DNA of 64,000 nt from an uncultured Chloroflexia bacterium (GTDB taxonomy: Bacteria; Chloroflexota; Limnocylindria; Limnocylindrales; CSP1-4), in contig CAVQJC010000005.1 of NCBI GenBank assembly GCA_963712745.1, positions 224,001-288,000 on the forward strand, given 5' to 3'. Position numbers and translations under genes: made by a program. The notes beneath the pieces were generated by a model. That model had not been told where the DNA came from. It did no database searches and worked only from the letters and a program-made list of their open reading frames with translations. Below, piece by piece: positions 19,804 through 30,592 of this stretch (position 1 is its first letter; each line of letters opens with the position of its first letter).

Positions 19804-20646
19804 TCAGGTACGGTCGAAAGCGACGCCCCGGTCACGCAGGCTGACCCAGCTGCCATGTCCGATGACGAGGTGATCGAGCACGCTGATGTCTAGCAGTCGT
19901 CCGGCGGCCACCGCCTCCGCGGTCATGTGCAGGTCGTCGGGGCTGGGCGTCGGGTCGCCCGAGGGGTGGTTGTGGACGAGGATGAGACGGGCCGCGTGGA
20001 GGCGCACCGCGTCGCGGAAGAGCTCGCCGACACGCACCAGCGCGGCCGAGACGTTGCCGCGGTAGACGGTGGGCATGGCCAGCACCCCGTTGCGCGTGTC
20101 CAGCAGCACCACGCGCAGTTCCTCACGCTGGAGGTGTCCCAGCTCCGCGGTAAGGCGAGCCGCCAGATCGTGCGGTCCGCGGATGGTCCAGCGACCGGCC
20201 GGCCAGTCCACGACCGCGCGACGACCTAGCTCGAAGGCCGCGGTCAGCTGGGCGGCACGCGCAGGACCGACGCCCGGTACCCGCTCCAGCTCCCGTGGCG
20301 ATGAAGCGGCCAGGCCTGCCAGGCCGTCACAGCGCACCAGCGCATCCTCCGCCATTGCCGCCGCCGAGGCCTGACGCGAGCCCGATGTCCAGAGCAGACC
20401 GATGAGCTCGGCCGATGACAGGCCCGCCGGCCCGCGTGAGACCAGCCGCTCGCGTGGACGCTCCGTGGCGGGCAGCTCACGCACCGATGGCCGAGCGGGT
20501 CCCGCTGGCGGGCGAACGGGTGCTGCTGTCGTGCGTGCGGGTCCCGCTGGCGGGCGAGCGGGTGCTGCGGTCGTGCGTGGCGGTGCTGTCGTGGTGAGAT
20601 CTGGTCCTTCGGTCGCGCGAGCGGGTCCTGCGGTCGTGTCGGCCAT
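19804..20646 (-). CDS. radC: DNA repair protein RadC (JAB domain)
   Basis: ERPRERL, HhH VPGVGPAR, HNHPSGDPTPSPDD, LDHLVIG. Confidence 0.95.
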   Translation of the reverse strand: MADTTAGPARATEGPDLTTTAPPRTTAAPARPPAGPARTTAAPVRPPAGPARPSVRELPATERPRERLVSRGPAGLSSAELIGLLWTSGSRQASAAAMAEDALVRCDGLAGLAASSPRELERVPGVGPARAAQLTAAFELGRRAVVDWPAGRWTIRGPHDLAARLTAELGHLQREELRVVLLDTRNGVLAMPTVYRGNVSAALVRVGELFRDAVRLHAARLILVHNHPSGDPTPSPDDLHMTAEAVAAGRLLDISVLDHLVIGHGSWVSLRDRGVAFDRT

Positions 20647-20942
20647 ACCGTCCTCCCAGCTGGCGGGCCGGCGGAGCATGGGCCCCGGGCCTGCCCGCGG
20701 TGATGGTGTCGTGGCGCCCCCGGGTCCGGACGACGAAGCCCGCCGATTCCCCCGCCGTCCGCTCCCGAGGGCAATGCGCAGCCTAGGCGACACCCCTTCA
20801 CGGTCCCTTGGCCCGGACTGCACCCGGGCTTTGGGGATAGTCTTCCGGCCGCGCCGACGCGCCGTTCAGCCACCCCGGCGCGTCCAGCACCGCCGAGGCG
20901 CCTCTGGCGGCCCCAACGCGCCTCAGCGGCCCCGACGCGCCT

Positions 20943-22017
<1,075 letters not shown>

Positions 22018-22032
22018 GGTATCTGGCTCGAA

Positions 22033-22938
22033 CTAGATCCCGGTCGTCGGCTGGGTGTTGCCCGCCGGCGCGCCGGTGGGGCCTGGCGGGCCGGAAGAGC
22101 CGGCCGCTCCGGAGCTGCGCGGTGCCGGCGCAGTCGGGCCTTGCGGCTGGCTGGGCGGCTGCGGGCTGGACGGCGGCGGCTTGGTGCTGGACGTCGTCGC
22201 CTGTGGGCCGGACTTCCGTGCCTCACCGCCCGGGGTCGATGTCGTCGAGGGCTTGGGCGCGTCCGGACCCTGGGAGCCGGGATTTCGGCCGCCTTGGGCG
22301 GGGGCGGCGTTCTGGCCGCTCGGTCCCGGGGCTCCCTGGCGTGGCGGAGCCGGACGAGCCGGTGGAGGCGGCGGCGGAGCCATGGGAGGCGTCTGCTGCT
22401 GCAGGCGCGGGACCGGCCGGGCCGAGGGCATGAACGCCGTCGTACCGGGCGCCTCTGCGCGCTCGAAGTCCTTGCCGCACCAGGCGCACAGCGTCCAATC
22501 GAGCTCGATGAGGTGCTCGCAGTTGGGACAGACGCGGCGCAGCCGGTTGCGGCAGGTGGGGCAGATGATCCAGTCTTCGTGGACCGGGCGCGAACAGTTG
22601 GCGCACTGGGCATGCGAGGCCACCTCGGCCAGCATGGCTTCCTCCGCGAGGGCTCGTTCGTTGACCTCGGCGATGGTCTCCTTTGGCCGGACGATGCGGT
22701 AGATCAGGAGGCCGAAGAGGAAGAAGATGGGCGTGAAGAGGATGATCGCCAGCGCCGCCACGTAGGGCGTCACTGCGCTTGCAGACCGCAGCCTCATGTC
22801 GCGATAGGCCCAGTACGCACTGGCCAGCCAGATGAGCACGATGTAGGCGACGATCACATAGATGATGGCCTGGAATGCGTCGCTCTCGACGACCCCGGTG
22901 AACGTGCTCTCTAGCTCTCCGAATAGCTCTTCAAACAT
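22033..22938 (-). CDS. Membrane protein with double zinc ribbon and Pro-rich tail
   Basis: Two TM segments; CANC...CPTC...CPNC...CAWC. Confidence 0.85.
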   Translation of the reverse strand: MFEELFGELESTFTGVVESDAFQAIIYVIVAYIVLIWLASAYWAYRDMRLRSASAVTPYVAALAIILFTPIFFLFGLLIYRIVRPKETIAEVNERALAEEAMLAEVASHAQCANCSRPVHEDWIICPTCRNRLRRVCPNCEHLIELDWTLCAWCGKDFERAEAPGTTAFMPSARPVPRLQQQTPPMAPPPPPPARPAPPRQGAPGPSGQNAAPAQGGRNPGSQGPDAPKPSTTSTPGGEARKSGPQATTSSTKPPPSSPQPPSQPQGPTAPAPRSSGAAGSSGPPGPTGAPAGNTQPTTGI

Positions 22939-23036
22939 GAACGGCTGATCTCAACCTCTGCGGAAGATGGTGACGGCACCCCTCGCCGTCCACGGCGGGC
23001 CGAGTGTAGCAGCGGTCCGCGGGGCTGGCCGACGAC

Positions 23037-23118
23037 AAGGCTGGGCGACGCCGATCACAGGCTGGGCGACGCCGACCGCGGACTCGGCGACGGACATCAC
23101 AGGCTGGGCGACGCCGAG
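23037..23118. repeat. Short direct repeats
   Basis: aggctgggcgacgccga x3. Confidence 0.8.
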
Positions 23119-23120
23119 AC

Positions 23121-23606
23121 CTATGTCGGGCGACCGGGCGCACCCGCCACATCGATGGCGCGCCGGAAGGCGCGCATCATCTCGGCCACCAGCTCGTTGT
23201 CGCGCATGGTCGAGCGGCGTATCGGGTCCCAGCGCACGGCGGTGAGGATGGCCAGCGGCCGGCGCCATGGCTCGGCCTCGTCCTCGGCCTCGCCCATGCG
23301 CATGCGGATGAGCTGGCGGCCATCTTCCTGGTCCAGCAATCCCATCAGCGCATTGGCCAGGGTGGGGCCGATGACCTGCAGCGGCGCGACCGGCGGTGGT
23401 CCGGCGGCCGGGGCTACGTCCCGGGCCTCGATGACGCCCTCGTCGTCCTCGACCCAGAGCGTGAAGATCCACCATCCGTCCTCGAGGATGGTGGGCTTGG
23501 TCATGCCGGGGCGTACGCGCGGGCCCGCGCTGCCGCCGGGTCCACGCAGCCGGAGCGGCTGGGCGCGCGCGAAGGACGGCCCCGGCGAGGGCATGCGCTC
23601 GCTCAT
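23121..23606 (-). CDS. Hypothetical protein
   Basis: Codon-biased ORF co-oriented between guaA and the zinc-ribbon gene; non-repetitive sequence (LEDGWWIFTLWVEDD). Confidence 0.7.
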   Translation of the reverse strand: MSERMPSPGPSFARAQPLRLRGPGGSAGPRVRPGMTKPTILEDGWWIFTLWVEDDEGVIEARDVAPAAGPPPVAPLQVIGPTLANALMGLLDQEDGRQLIRMRMGEAEDEAEPWRRPLAILTAVRWDPIRRSTMRDNELVAEMMRAFRRAIDVAGAPGRPT

Positions 23607-23643
23607 CGGCGGGGGCCGGCGGGGGCCGGCGGGGGCCTACCGG

Positions 23644-25527
23644 TCACTCCCACTCGATGGTGGCCGGCGGCTTGCTGCTGATGTCGTAGACCACGCGGTT
23701 CACGCCGGGCACTTCGTTGACGATGCGCGAGCTGATCTTGCCCAGCACGTCGTAGGGCAGCTTGGCCCAGTCGGCCGTCATGCCGTCCTCGCTGGTGACC
23801 GCGCGGATGGCCACGACGTTGGCGTAGGTGCGGCCGTCGCCCATGACGCCGACGCTGCGCACGGGCGTGAGGATGGCGAACGACTGCCACACGTTTCGAT
23901 ACAGGCCCGCGGCCTTGATCTCGTCGATGACGATCCAGTCGGCCTCACGCAGCGTGTCGAGCCGCTCACGGGTGACCTCGCCGATGATGCGGATGGCCAG
24001 GCCGGGCCCCGGGAACGGCTGGCGCATGACCATCTGCTCGGGCAGGTCGAGGGCCATACCCACCTTGCGCACCTCGTCCTTGAAGAGGTAGCGCAGTGGC
24101 TCGATGAGCTGGAAGCGCAGGTCGGACGGCAGGCCACCGACGTTGTGGTGGGTCTTGATCTTCTGGGCCGCCTTGGTCTCGGGCGCGGTCGACTCGATGA
24201 CGTCGGGATAGAGCGTGCCCTGGGTCAGGAAATCGATGCGCCCGATCTTGGCCGCTTCCTCCTCGAAGACGCGGATGAACTCGTCGCCGATGATGCGCCG
24301 CTTCTTCTCCGGGTCCTCCACGCCGGCGAGCCGCTTGAGGAAGCGGTCGCGGGCATCGACCATCACCAGGTTCATGCCTAGGTTGGCCTCGAACGTCTCG
24401 CGCAGGAGCTCCGACTCGCGCTTGCGCATGAGCCCGTGGTCGACGTAGATGCAGGTGAGACGGTCGCCGACCGCGCGGTGGACGAGGGCCGCTGCGACCG
24501 ACGAGTCGACACCGCCGGACAGGGCACAGATGACCTTGCCGTCGGAGCCCGTGGCCGCGGCCTGCTTATCGACGCGCTCTCGGATGCGCTCGACCGTGGA
24601 CTCGATGAAGTTGGCCGAGGTCCAGTTCGACTCGGCCCCGGCGATGCCGTGGACGAAGTTCGCGAGCACGTCCTTGCCGCGTGGCGTGTGTACGACCTCG
24701 GGGTGGAACTGGATGCCGTAGAGACCGCGGTCGGGGTCGGCCAGGCCAGCGTAGGGCGTGGAGTCGGTCTGGGCCGTGGAGTGGAAGCCGCTCGGGAGCC
24801 GGGTGATGGAATCGCCGTGGCTCATCCATACGGGCTGCTCGGAGCCGAGGTCACCGAGTAGCCGGTCGTCCTCCGCGGTGATCGAGATCGAGGCCGGGCC
24901 GTACTCACGGTGGTCGGATGGGAGCACGTCGCCGCCGAGCTCGATGGCCATCAGCTGTGCGCCGTAGCAGATGCCGAGCACGGGGATGCGGCCGGACCAG
25001 ATGGCCGGGTCGGGTCGGGGCGCGCCCTCGTCGTACACGGACATGGGGCCGCCACTGAGGATGATGCCTTTGATCTCACGGCGCCTGAGCTCCTCGAGCG
25101 GGGTGTCGAAGGGCAGCAGCTCGGCATAGACGTCGAGCTCTCGCACGCGGCGGGCGATGAGCTGGGAGAACTGGCTGCCGAAGTCGAGTACGACCACGCT
25201 GTCAGGCGGCTCCGGTGGGCGGCTGATGGTGGGACGGTCGTCCTCCGGTGGGCGTTCCGGGGCGGGTGCGTCGAGAGCCACCTCGAGGTAGGCCTCCACC
25301 TCCGCGTCATCTGGCGCCAGCACTCGGTGGCCGGCATTGGCGACCTCGCCGTGGACGGTCTTGCCACGCTCCTTCGGTGGCTTGCCCTGGTTGGGCACAT
25401 CGCCGCCCTCGTGCTGGTGGGGCGCCGCGTCGCCGCCCTCGTGCTGGTGGGGCGCCGCGTCGCCGCCCTCGTGCTGGTGGGGCGCCGCGTCGCCCTGCTT
25501 CACGTTCTCGTCAGCCGCGTCTGTCAA
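23644..25527 (-). CDS. guaA: GMP synthase (glutamine-hydrolysing)
   Basis: [43 protein letters not shown]; long N-terminal extension with a 30-bp repeat x3 (about 25400-25497). Confidence 0.97.
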   Translation of the reverse strand: MTDAADENVKQGDAAPHQHEGGDAAPHQHEGGDAAPHQHEGGDVPNQGKPPKERGKTVHGEVANAGHRVLAPDDAEVEAYLEVALDAPAPERPPEDDRPTISRPPEPPDSVVVLDFGSQFSQLIARRVRELDVYAELLPFDTPLEELRRREIKGIILSGGPMSVYDEGAPRPDPAIWSGRIPVLGICYGAQLMAIELGGDVLPSDHREYGPASISITAEDDRLLGDLGSEQPVWMSHGDSITRLPSGFHSTAQTDSTPYAGLADPDRGLYGIQFHPEVVHTPRGKDVLANFVHGIAGAESNWTSANFIESTVERIRERVDKQAAATGSDGKVICALSGGVDSSVAAALVHRAVGDRLTCIYVDHGLMRKRESELLRETFEANLGMNLVMVDARDRFLKRLAGVEDPEKKRRIIGDEFIRVFEEEAAKIGRIDFLTQGTLYPDVIESTAPETKAAQKIKTHHNVGGLPSDLRFQLIEPLRYLFKDEVRKVGMALDLPEQMVMRQPFPGPGLAIRIIGEVTRERLDTLREADWIVIDEIKAAGLYRNVWQSFAILTPVRSVGVMGDGRTYANVVAIRAVTSEDGMTADWAKLPYDVLGKISSRIVNEVPGVNRVVYDISSKPPATIEWE

Positions 25528-25609
25528 TCGGATCCCCTCGCCTGCTGCCCGCCGCTCCCGTGACTCCCGTCACCCCCAGTGAGAGCGAGTCTATCGGAGG
25601 CGGACCGCA

Positions 25610-25930
25610 GCCTCGTGCACGTCCCTCAGCAGGTGGTGGGCGCGACCTCAGCAGGGGGAGCGCGACCGTCAGCAACAGTGCGGCCTTCGGGGTCACCGTT
25701 GCGGCCTCGTGCGCGTCCCTCAGCAGGTGGTGGGCGCGACCGTCAGCAACCCCCAGGACGACTCTTCGCGATGATCGAACGAGTGCGGCCTTCGGGGTCA
25801 CCGTTGCGGCCTCGTGCGTGTCCCTCAGCAGGTGGTGGGCGCGACCGTCAGCAACCCCCAGGACGACTCTTCGCGATGATCGAACGAGTGCGGCCTTCGG
25901 GGTCACCGTTACGGCCTCGTGCGTGTCCCA
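25610..25930. repeat. 105-bp tandem repeat (about 3 units) that includes the left end of module A1
   Basis: gcctcgtgc..gtccctcagcaggtggtgggcgcgacc and gtgcggccttcggggtcaccgtt recur; tcttcgcgatgatcga at 25763 and 25868. Confidence 0.92.
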
Positions 25931-26043
25931 GAGGCTACAGATCCCAGACGCCGAGCGTGACGGCCATCCCCGCACAGGGCGCTGAGTGGTCCTCCCCGAC
26001 ACATCGTCCAGATCGGGCCGAGATCTGTCGATGACTGCGAAGA
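25868..26043. repeat. 176-bp inverted-repeat-bounded module A1 (downstream of the HTH-nuclease gene)
   Basis: tcttcgcgatgatcga (25868-25883) ... tcgatgactgcgaaga (26028-26043). Confidence 0.65.
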
Positions 26044-26083
26044 AGACGCCCGAAGCCGTCGACCGCCGTGACTCAGGCCGTCG

Positions 26084-26920
26084 CTAACGTATCTGGACCC
26101 GACGAGCGGCCTCGCTGTATCCCTGGATGCGCGGCCGGGCCGAGGTCAACGCCCGGTCGAGGCTGGCCGTGGGTGGCTGACGGCCGGTGGCGAAGGGGTC
26201 GAGCAGGACGAAGGAGCTGCTGCGGCCCGCGCTGGGTGGCTCCCCGCGAAGCCAAGCAGTGAGCCGATCGTCCGGGTCCGGGCAGAGCGTGCGGAACGTG
26301 GCCTTCCGAAGTCGAAGGCTGTGCAGTATCTCGGCCGACCACAGGCCGACCATCACGTGTGTCTCCGACACGAACCGGCGGATCTCGAGCTCGCGAGCGA
26401 GGGTGCGAGCCAGGTACTGCCGCTTGGCGTTGTAGCTGCCGGCCGCCTGCTGCAGGTCCGGGAAACGCGTGCGATTCTCGATGTGGAGTAGCGCCGCTGG
26501 GTCGAGCGTCCAAGCCAGGACATCGGCGCGGCCCGCGAACTGGTAGTGCTGGTAGGGGTGGTCTACGTCGACTACGTAGCCGAGTGCGCTGAGCCAGCGC
26601 GTCTCGATCTCGCCCATGGCAGCGTGGACGATGTCTGTCGACTCCCGCGTCGGTCGCCTCCGACGGCTGGCGGTGGACATCTCCAACGTCAGACCGAGCG
26701 CGACCGCGATCCGAGCGTACGTCTCCAGCGAAGCCACGCGCCCGGCCTCGACACCCGACACCGTTCCAACCGACACACGCGAGCGCCGAGCGACTTCGGT
26801 CAACGTCCACCCGCGACGCTGACGCTCCCTCTGCAAAGCAACGCCGGCGTCCACAGCCAGCCGGTCCCTGAGGGCGACTGCGGCTGGGAATGGCGGCGAG
26901 GCCGCGGAACGAGGTGACAT
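26084..26920 (-). CDS. XRE-family HTH protein fused to a PD-(D/E)XK-like nuclease domain
   Basis: RQRRGWTLTEVARRSRVSVGTVSGVEAG (HTH_3); C-terminal GRADVLAW...LLHIENRT resembles restriction-fold motifs II/III; alternative ATG at 26932. Confidence 0.8.
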   Translation of the reverse strand: MSPRSAASPPFPAAVALRDRLAVDAGVALQRERQRRGWTLTEVARRSRVSVGTVSGVEAGRVASLETYARIAVALGLTLEMSTASRRRRPTRESTDIVHAAMGEIETRWLSALGYVVDVDHPYQHYQFAGRADVLAWTLDPAALLHIENRTRFPDLQQAAGSYNAKRQYLARTLARELEIRRFVSETHVMVGLWSAEILHSLRLRKATFRTLCPDPDDRLTAWLRGEPPSAGRSSSFVLLDPFATGRQPPTASLDRALTSARPRIQGYSEAARRVQIR

Positions 26921-27107
26921 CTTCGCAGTCATTGAACGACGAGGGCCTTCACTGCCACTTACCGCGCGTCGGGGGACCGTGCGACACAAGCATGGGACGG
27001 ATCTTGAGCGTGGGCGGGCGAATGAAACGTCGACGGCCGTCAGCCTCGTACCGAAGTGGCAGCCGAAGACGGCCGAGGAGCTCGGTGTTCTTCGATCACT
27101 GCGAAGA
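26920..27107. repeat. 188-bp inverted-repeat-bounded module A2 (upstream of and overlapping the HTH gene start)
   Basis: tcttcgcagtcattga (26920-26935) ... tcgatcactgcgaaga (27092-27107); inner IR ctgccactt (26952-26960) / aagtggcag (27054-27062). Confidence 0.7.
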
Positions 27108-27117
27108 ATCCGCCGGA

Positions 27118-27510
27118 TGTGGGGCCGGGCGGGACGTCGAGCGGCATCGCGTCGTCGTGGTGGGGCCGGGCGGGACGTCGAGCGGTCTCCTGTTCAACGA
27201 CCGAGTGGAACGCCAGGAAGTGCGGCCGGGCCGCGCCACCGGGCCACCGGGCCGGACGTCGAGCGGCCCCGCGGCGTCGTGGTGGGGCCGGGCGGGACGT
27301 CGAGCGGTCCCCTGTTCAACGACCGAGTGGAACGCCAGGAAGTGCGGCCGGGCCGCGCCACCGGGCCACCGGGCCGCGCCACCAGGCCACCGGACGGACT
27401 TCGAGCGGCGTCGTGCCGCCTGCGGCCGGGCCGCGCCACCGGGCCACCGGGCGGGACGTCGAGCGGCATCGCGGCGTCGTGGTGCGGCCGGGCCGCGCCT
27501 CCGGGCCATG
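27118..27510. repeat. Composite ~122-bp tandem array with decayed copies of the module A2 right end
   Basis: ttcaacgaccgagtggaacgccaggaagtgcggccggg at 27193 and 27315; ggacgtcgagcgg recurs. Confidence 0.9.
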
Positions 27511-27613
27511 CCGCCACCGCCGGGCCGAGCGCGTGGCCGGCGCGGCCGAGATTGAGGCCGAGGCTAAGGCCGGGCCCGATGGCGGCGCCACCGCTTAGGC
27601 CGACGGTGGCATC

Positions 27614-28522
27614 GTGGACATCGAGGCACTGGCACAGGATCCGCTCCTCTTCTACATCGTTGCCACCGTCCTGGCGGTGGTGCTGACGGCGGGCCTGCTC
27701 GCCGTCCTGCGCATCCCCGGCGCATGGGTGCCGCTGCGCACGTGGTTCGTGATCCTGCCGATGGCGCTGGGTGCGATGTGGCTGGGCGGGGGCGCGTGGG
27801 GCGTCTTCGTGACCGTCATCTCGATGGTCGGCTTCAAGGAGTTCGCCCGCGTCACCGGGCTCTACCGACAGACGCTCTTCGTGCTCGTGGTCTACGGCGC
27901 CATCGTGGCCGAGAACGTCTTCGCCTATCTCGGCCGCTACGACTTCTTCATGGCCACGCCGACCTGGGCCATCCTCTCGCTCGCGCTCGTGCCCATCGTG
28001 CTGCGGCGCACCGATGGGATGCTGCAGTGGTTCGCCCTGGCCATCGTCGGCGTCGTCTTCTACGGCTACTTCCTGGCCCACCTGACGTACCTCTACCGCT
28101 CACCCGACGGGCTGGGGTATCTGCTCTTCGTGGTGCTCATGACGCAGCTCAACGACGCGCTGCAGTACCTCTACGGCAAGGCCGTAGGGCGCCACCACTG
28201 GACGCCCATCAGCCCCAACAAGACCGTCGAGGGCTCGCTGCTGGCCGGTCTCACCATCGTCATCCTGACGTTCCTGCAGGCGCCCATCGCGTTCCCCCAG
28301 GTGCCCCCGGCCGGAGTCCTCGCGGCGGGCCTCATCATCACCGTCGGTGGCCAGGTCGGCGACCTCACGATGGCCAACGTCAAGCGCAACGCCGGCGTCA
28401 AGGACTTCGGCACCATCCTGCCCGGCCACGGCGGACTCACCGACCGGCTCAACTCGCTGATGGTCACAGCACCCGCCTTCGCCCACATCATGGGCTACTT
28501 CTACGGGGGTTTACCCACGTGA
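27614..28522 (+). CDS. Phosphatidate cytidylyltransferase (YnbB/CdsA-like)
   Basis: LNDALQYLYGK, ISPNKTVEG, KRNAGVKDFGTILPGHGGLTDRLNS. Confidence 0.92.
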   Translation: MDIEALAQDPLLFYIVATVLAVVLTAGLLAVLRIPGAWVPLRTWFVILPMALGAMWLGGGAWGVFVTVISMVGFKEFARVTGLYRQTLFVLVVYGAIVAENVFAYLGRYDFFMATPTWAILSLALVPIVLRRTDGMLQWFALAIVGVVFYGYFLAHLTYLYRSPDGLGYLLFVVLMTQLNDALQYLYGKAVGRHHWTPISPNKTVEGSLLAGLTIVILTFLQAPIAFPQVPPAGVLAAGLIITVGGQVGDLTMANVKRNAGVKDFGTILPGHGGLTDRLNSLMVTAPAFAHIMGYFYGGLPT

Positions 28523-29223
28523 GCCCTCACGCACGCCGCCGCTTCCGCTACGAACCCTTCCCTGACCTGGACCTGCCCCTAGCCGCTCGCCTTGGCCAGT
28601 ACCCGCGACAGCCTGACCTCATCCTCGACGTCAGTCGCGTCTTCGCGCGCACCATCGCGGCCGGCCTCTTCCGGCTGCAGTACCGGCTCGAGGTCGAAGG
28701 CACCCCGCCGAACCTGCCGCGCATCGCCATCATGGCCAACCACCAGAGCCACCTGGACACGCTGGCCATCCTGGCCGCCCTGCCCGAGCAGTACCGCCGC
28801 CGCGTGACCGTGCTGGCAGCCCGCGACTACTTCTTCGAGCACGCCTGCAGCGCACTGGCAGCGAACCTCTTCGGCCAGGCGGTGGCATTCGACCGTGGCA
28901 CTGAGCTGGCGGAGCTGCGCCGCTGGGCCAGGCTGCTACCGCGCATCGACGCGGGCTGGTTCCTGGTCTATCCCAGTGGCAGCCGCAAGCGCGTCGAGCC
29001 GCACTCCGGACTGGCCGGTGTGCTGGCCCGAAGTGGCTGGGCCGTGCTGCCCACCGCGCTGGCCGGCACCGCCGAAGCCTGGCCGGTGGGGCGACGCATC
29101 TGGCGACCGTTCAGGACGGTGCGAGTCACCTTCGGCGAACCCATCACCGAGCCGGACGAGTCCGACCTGCCGGGCCAGCTACTCGCCTTCTGGCAGGAGC
29201 ACGCGGAGATACGCCATGCCTGA
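28519..29223 (+). CDS. Lysophospholipid acyltransferase (PlsC family)
   Basis: ANHQSHLD (HX4D), AARDYFF, VYPSGSR; GTGA overlap. Confidence 0.88.
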   Translation: MSPHARRRFRYEPFPDLDLPLAARLGQYPRQPDLILDVSRVFARTIAAGLFRLQYRLEVEGTPPNLPRIAIMANHQSHLDTLAILAALPEQYRRRVTVLAARDYFFEHACSALAANLFGQAVAFDRGTELAELRRWARLLPRIDAGWFLVYPSGSRKRVEPHSGLAGVLARSGWAVLPTALAGTAEAWPVGRRIWRPFRTVRVTFGEPITEPDESDLPGQLLAFWQEHAEIRHA

Positions 29224-29794
29224 CGTAGGCCTGTATCAGACCAAGTACGCCCTTCGGCGTTGGCTCGACCGCATTCCCTTCATCGAGCGCCTCCAGCCGA
29301 ACCATGTCTCGCTCGCCTCGCTCATCCCCTCGGGCGTGGCAGCGGTCTCTCTCTGGTTCGGCTGGTGGCCGCTCGTCATCCTCGGCATCGCCGGCCGCAT
29401 GGCGTTGACGGTCCTCGATGGCCTGCTCGCGGAGGCCTACGACAAGAAGACCCGCATCGGCCCGTATCTCAACCGCCTGCCCCAGGAGGTCGGGGACATC
29501 GCGCTCTTCCTGGCGCTCCTGCCCTGGGCCGACACGCGCTGGGTGGCACTCCTTCTCGGTTCGGCCTGGCTGGTCAACATCCTGGCCGTGCTGCCGGGGA
29601 TCGCCGGCGGCTCGCCCCAGCCGGTGGGTCCCGCCGGGCAGCCCGACCGCATCGCCATCGTGCTCGCGGCAGCAGCCCTCCACCTGTTCATCACGTTCGA
29701 CTGGACGTGGGTCTGCGTCCTGATCGTGGTGATCTCGGTCCCGACCGTCGCCCTGCGCATCTCGCGCACGGTCCGTGAACTGGGGCCGGCCTGA
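29216..29794 (+). CDS. CDP-alcohol phosphatidyltransferase (YnbA-like)
   Basis: LYQTK, PNHVS, RMALTVLDGLLA...GPYLN...GD, VGPAGQPDR. Confidence 0.85.
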   Translation: MPDVGLYQTKYALRRWLDRIPFIERLQPNHVSLASLIPSGVAAVSLWFGWWPLVILGIAGRMALTVLDGLLAEAYDKKTRIGPYLNRLPQEVGDIALFLALLPWADTRWVALLLGSAWLVNILAVLPGIAGGSPQPVGPAGQPDRIAIVLAAAALHLFITFDWTWVCVLIVVISVPTVALRISRTVRELGPA

Positions 29795-29805
29795 AGGGAG
29801 ACGAC

Positions 29806-30591
29806 ATGGACCTCTACCACCCCACCCTGCGCGTGCTGATGCGCACCGGTGGACGACTGTCCGACGGGATCCGGCTGGGCTACCGCGAGGGCTTCAACTC
29901 GGGAACGATGGTCGACTACGTGTACGCCAACCGGGCTCACGGCTTCACGCCGCTGGGACGGCTGGTGGACCGGGTCATGCTCGATCACTCCGTGTGGCAG
30001 GGCGTGCGCGCCCGTCGCGGGCTGCTCATCGGCCAGCTCGACCGCGCCATCGGCCGACGACCCGGCCAACGGCTGCTCGACGTCGCGGCCGGGCCGGGCT
30101 CCTACCTCTTCGAGCTGCCGGTCGCTGCCGCCGACTACTACGCCGGCGATATCGACGCCGACGAACGCGCCCGCGGGATCGCCCGTGCCAGGGCCCAGGG
30201 GCGGGCCGACATCCACTTCGTCGAGGCCGACGCCTTCGACCCCTCGACCTGGCCGCATCGGCGCTTCGACATCCTCGTGGCCTCCGGCTTCTTCGACCTG
30301 CTGGTCGAGCTGGCCGATGTTCGTCGTCTGCTGGCGGCCGGGACCGCGGGCACCGAGCCCGGCGCGCGATGGGTGCTCTCGGTCATGTCAGGCCATCCCG
30401 ACCTCAGACTGCTGAGCGACGTGCTTGTCGACTGGGACGGTGAGCCATGGACCGCGGTGACCCGCAGCGCCGACGAGGTCATCGCCGAGGCCGAGCCCTT
30501 CGGCTGGCAGGCGTTGACGGTCGAGCACGAACCCCGCGGCCAGTTCGGCGTGCTGACGCTGGAACGAGTCGCCCGCGGCAAGGAGGTGTGA
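29806..30591 (+). CDS. Class I SAM-dependent methyltransferase (YnbC C-terminal-like)
   Basis: LSDGIRLG..GFNSGTMVDYVYAN, WQGVRAR, LDVAAGPGSY. Confidence 0.85.
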   Translation: MDLYHPTLRVLMRTGGRLSDGIRLGYREGFNSGTMVDYVYANRAHGFTPLGRLVDRVMLDHSVWQGVRARRGLLIGQLDRAIGRRPGQRLLDVAAGPGSYLFELPVAAADYYAGDIDADERARGIARARAQGRADIHFVEADAFDPSTWPHRRFDILVASGFFDLLVELADVRRLLAAGTAGTEPGARWVLSVMSGHPDLRLLSDVLVDWDGEPWTAVTRSADEVIAEAEPFGWQALTVEHEPRGQFGVLTLERVARGKEV

Positions 30592-30592
30592 G

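Noticed and set aside
19804-20646. radC as a marker of a mobile element
   Set aside because: It is full-length RadC in the canonical radC-mreB-mreC chromosomal context.
20720-20855. Possible riboswitch upstream of radC
   Set aside because: Some complementarity exists (aagcccg/cgggctt), but it matches no known aptamer consensus and is expected by chance at this GC content.
25610-25930. 105-bp repeats as a CRISPR array
   Set aside because: Whole units are repeated with no unique spacers, and there are no cas genes in the window.
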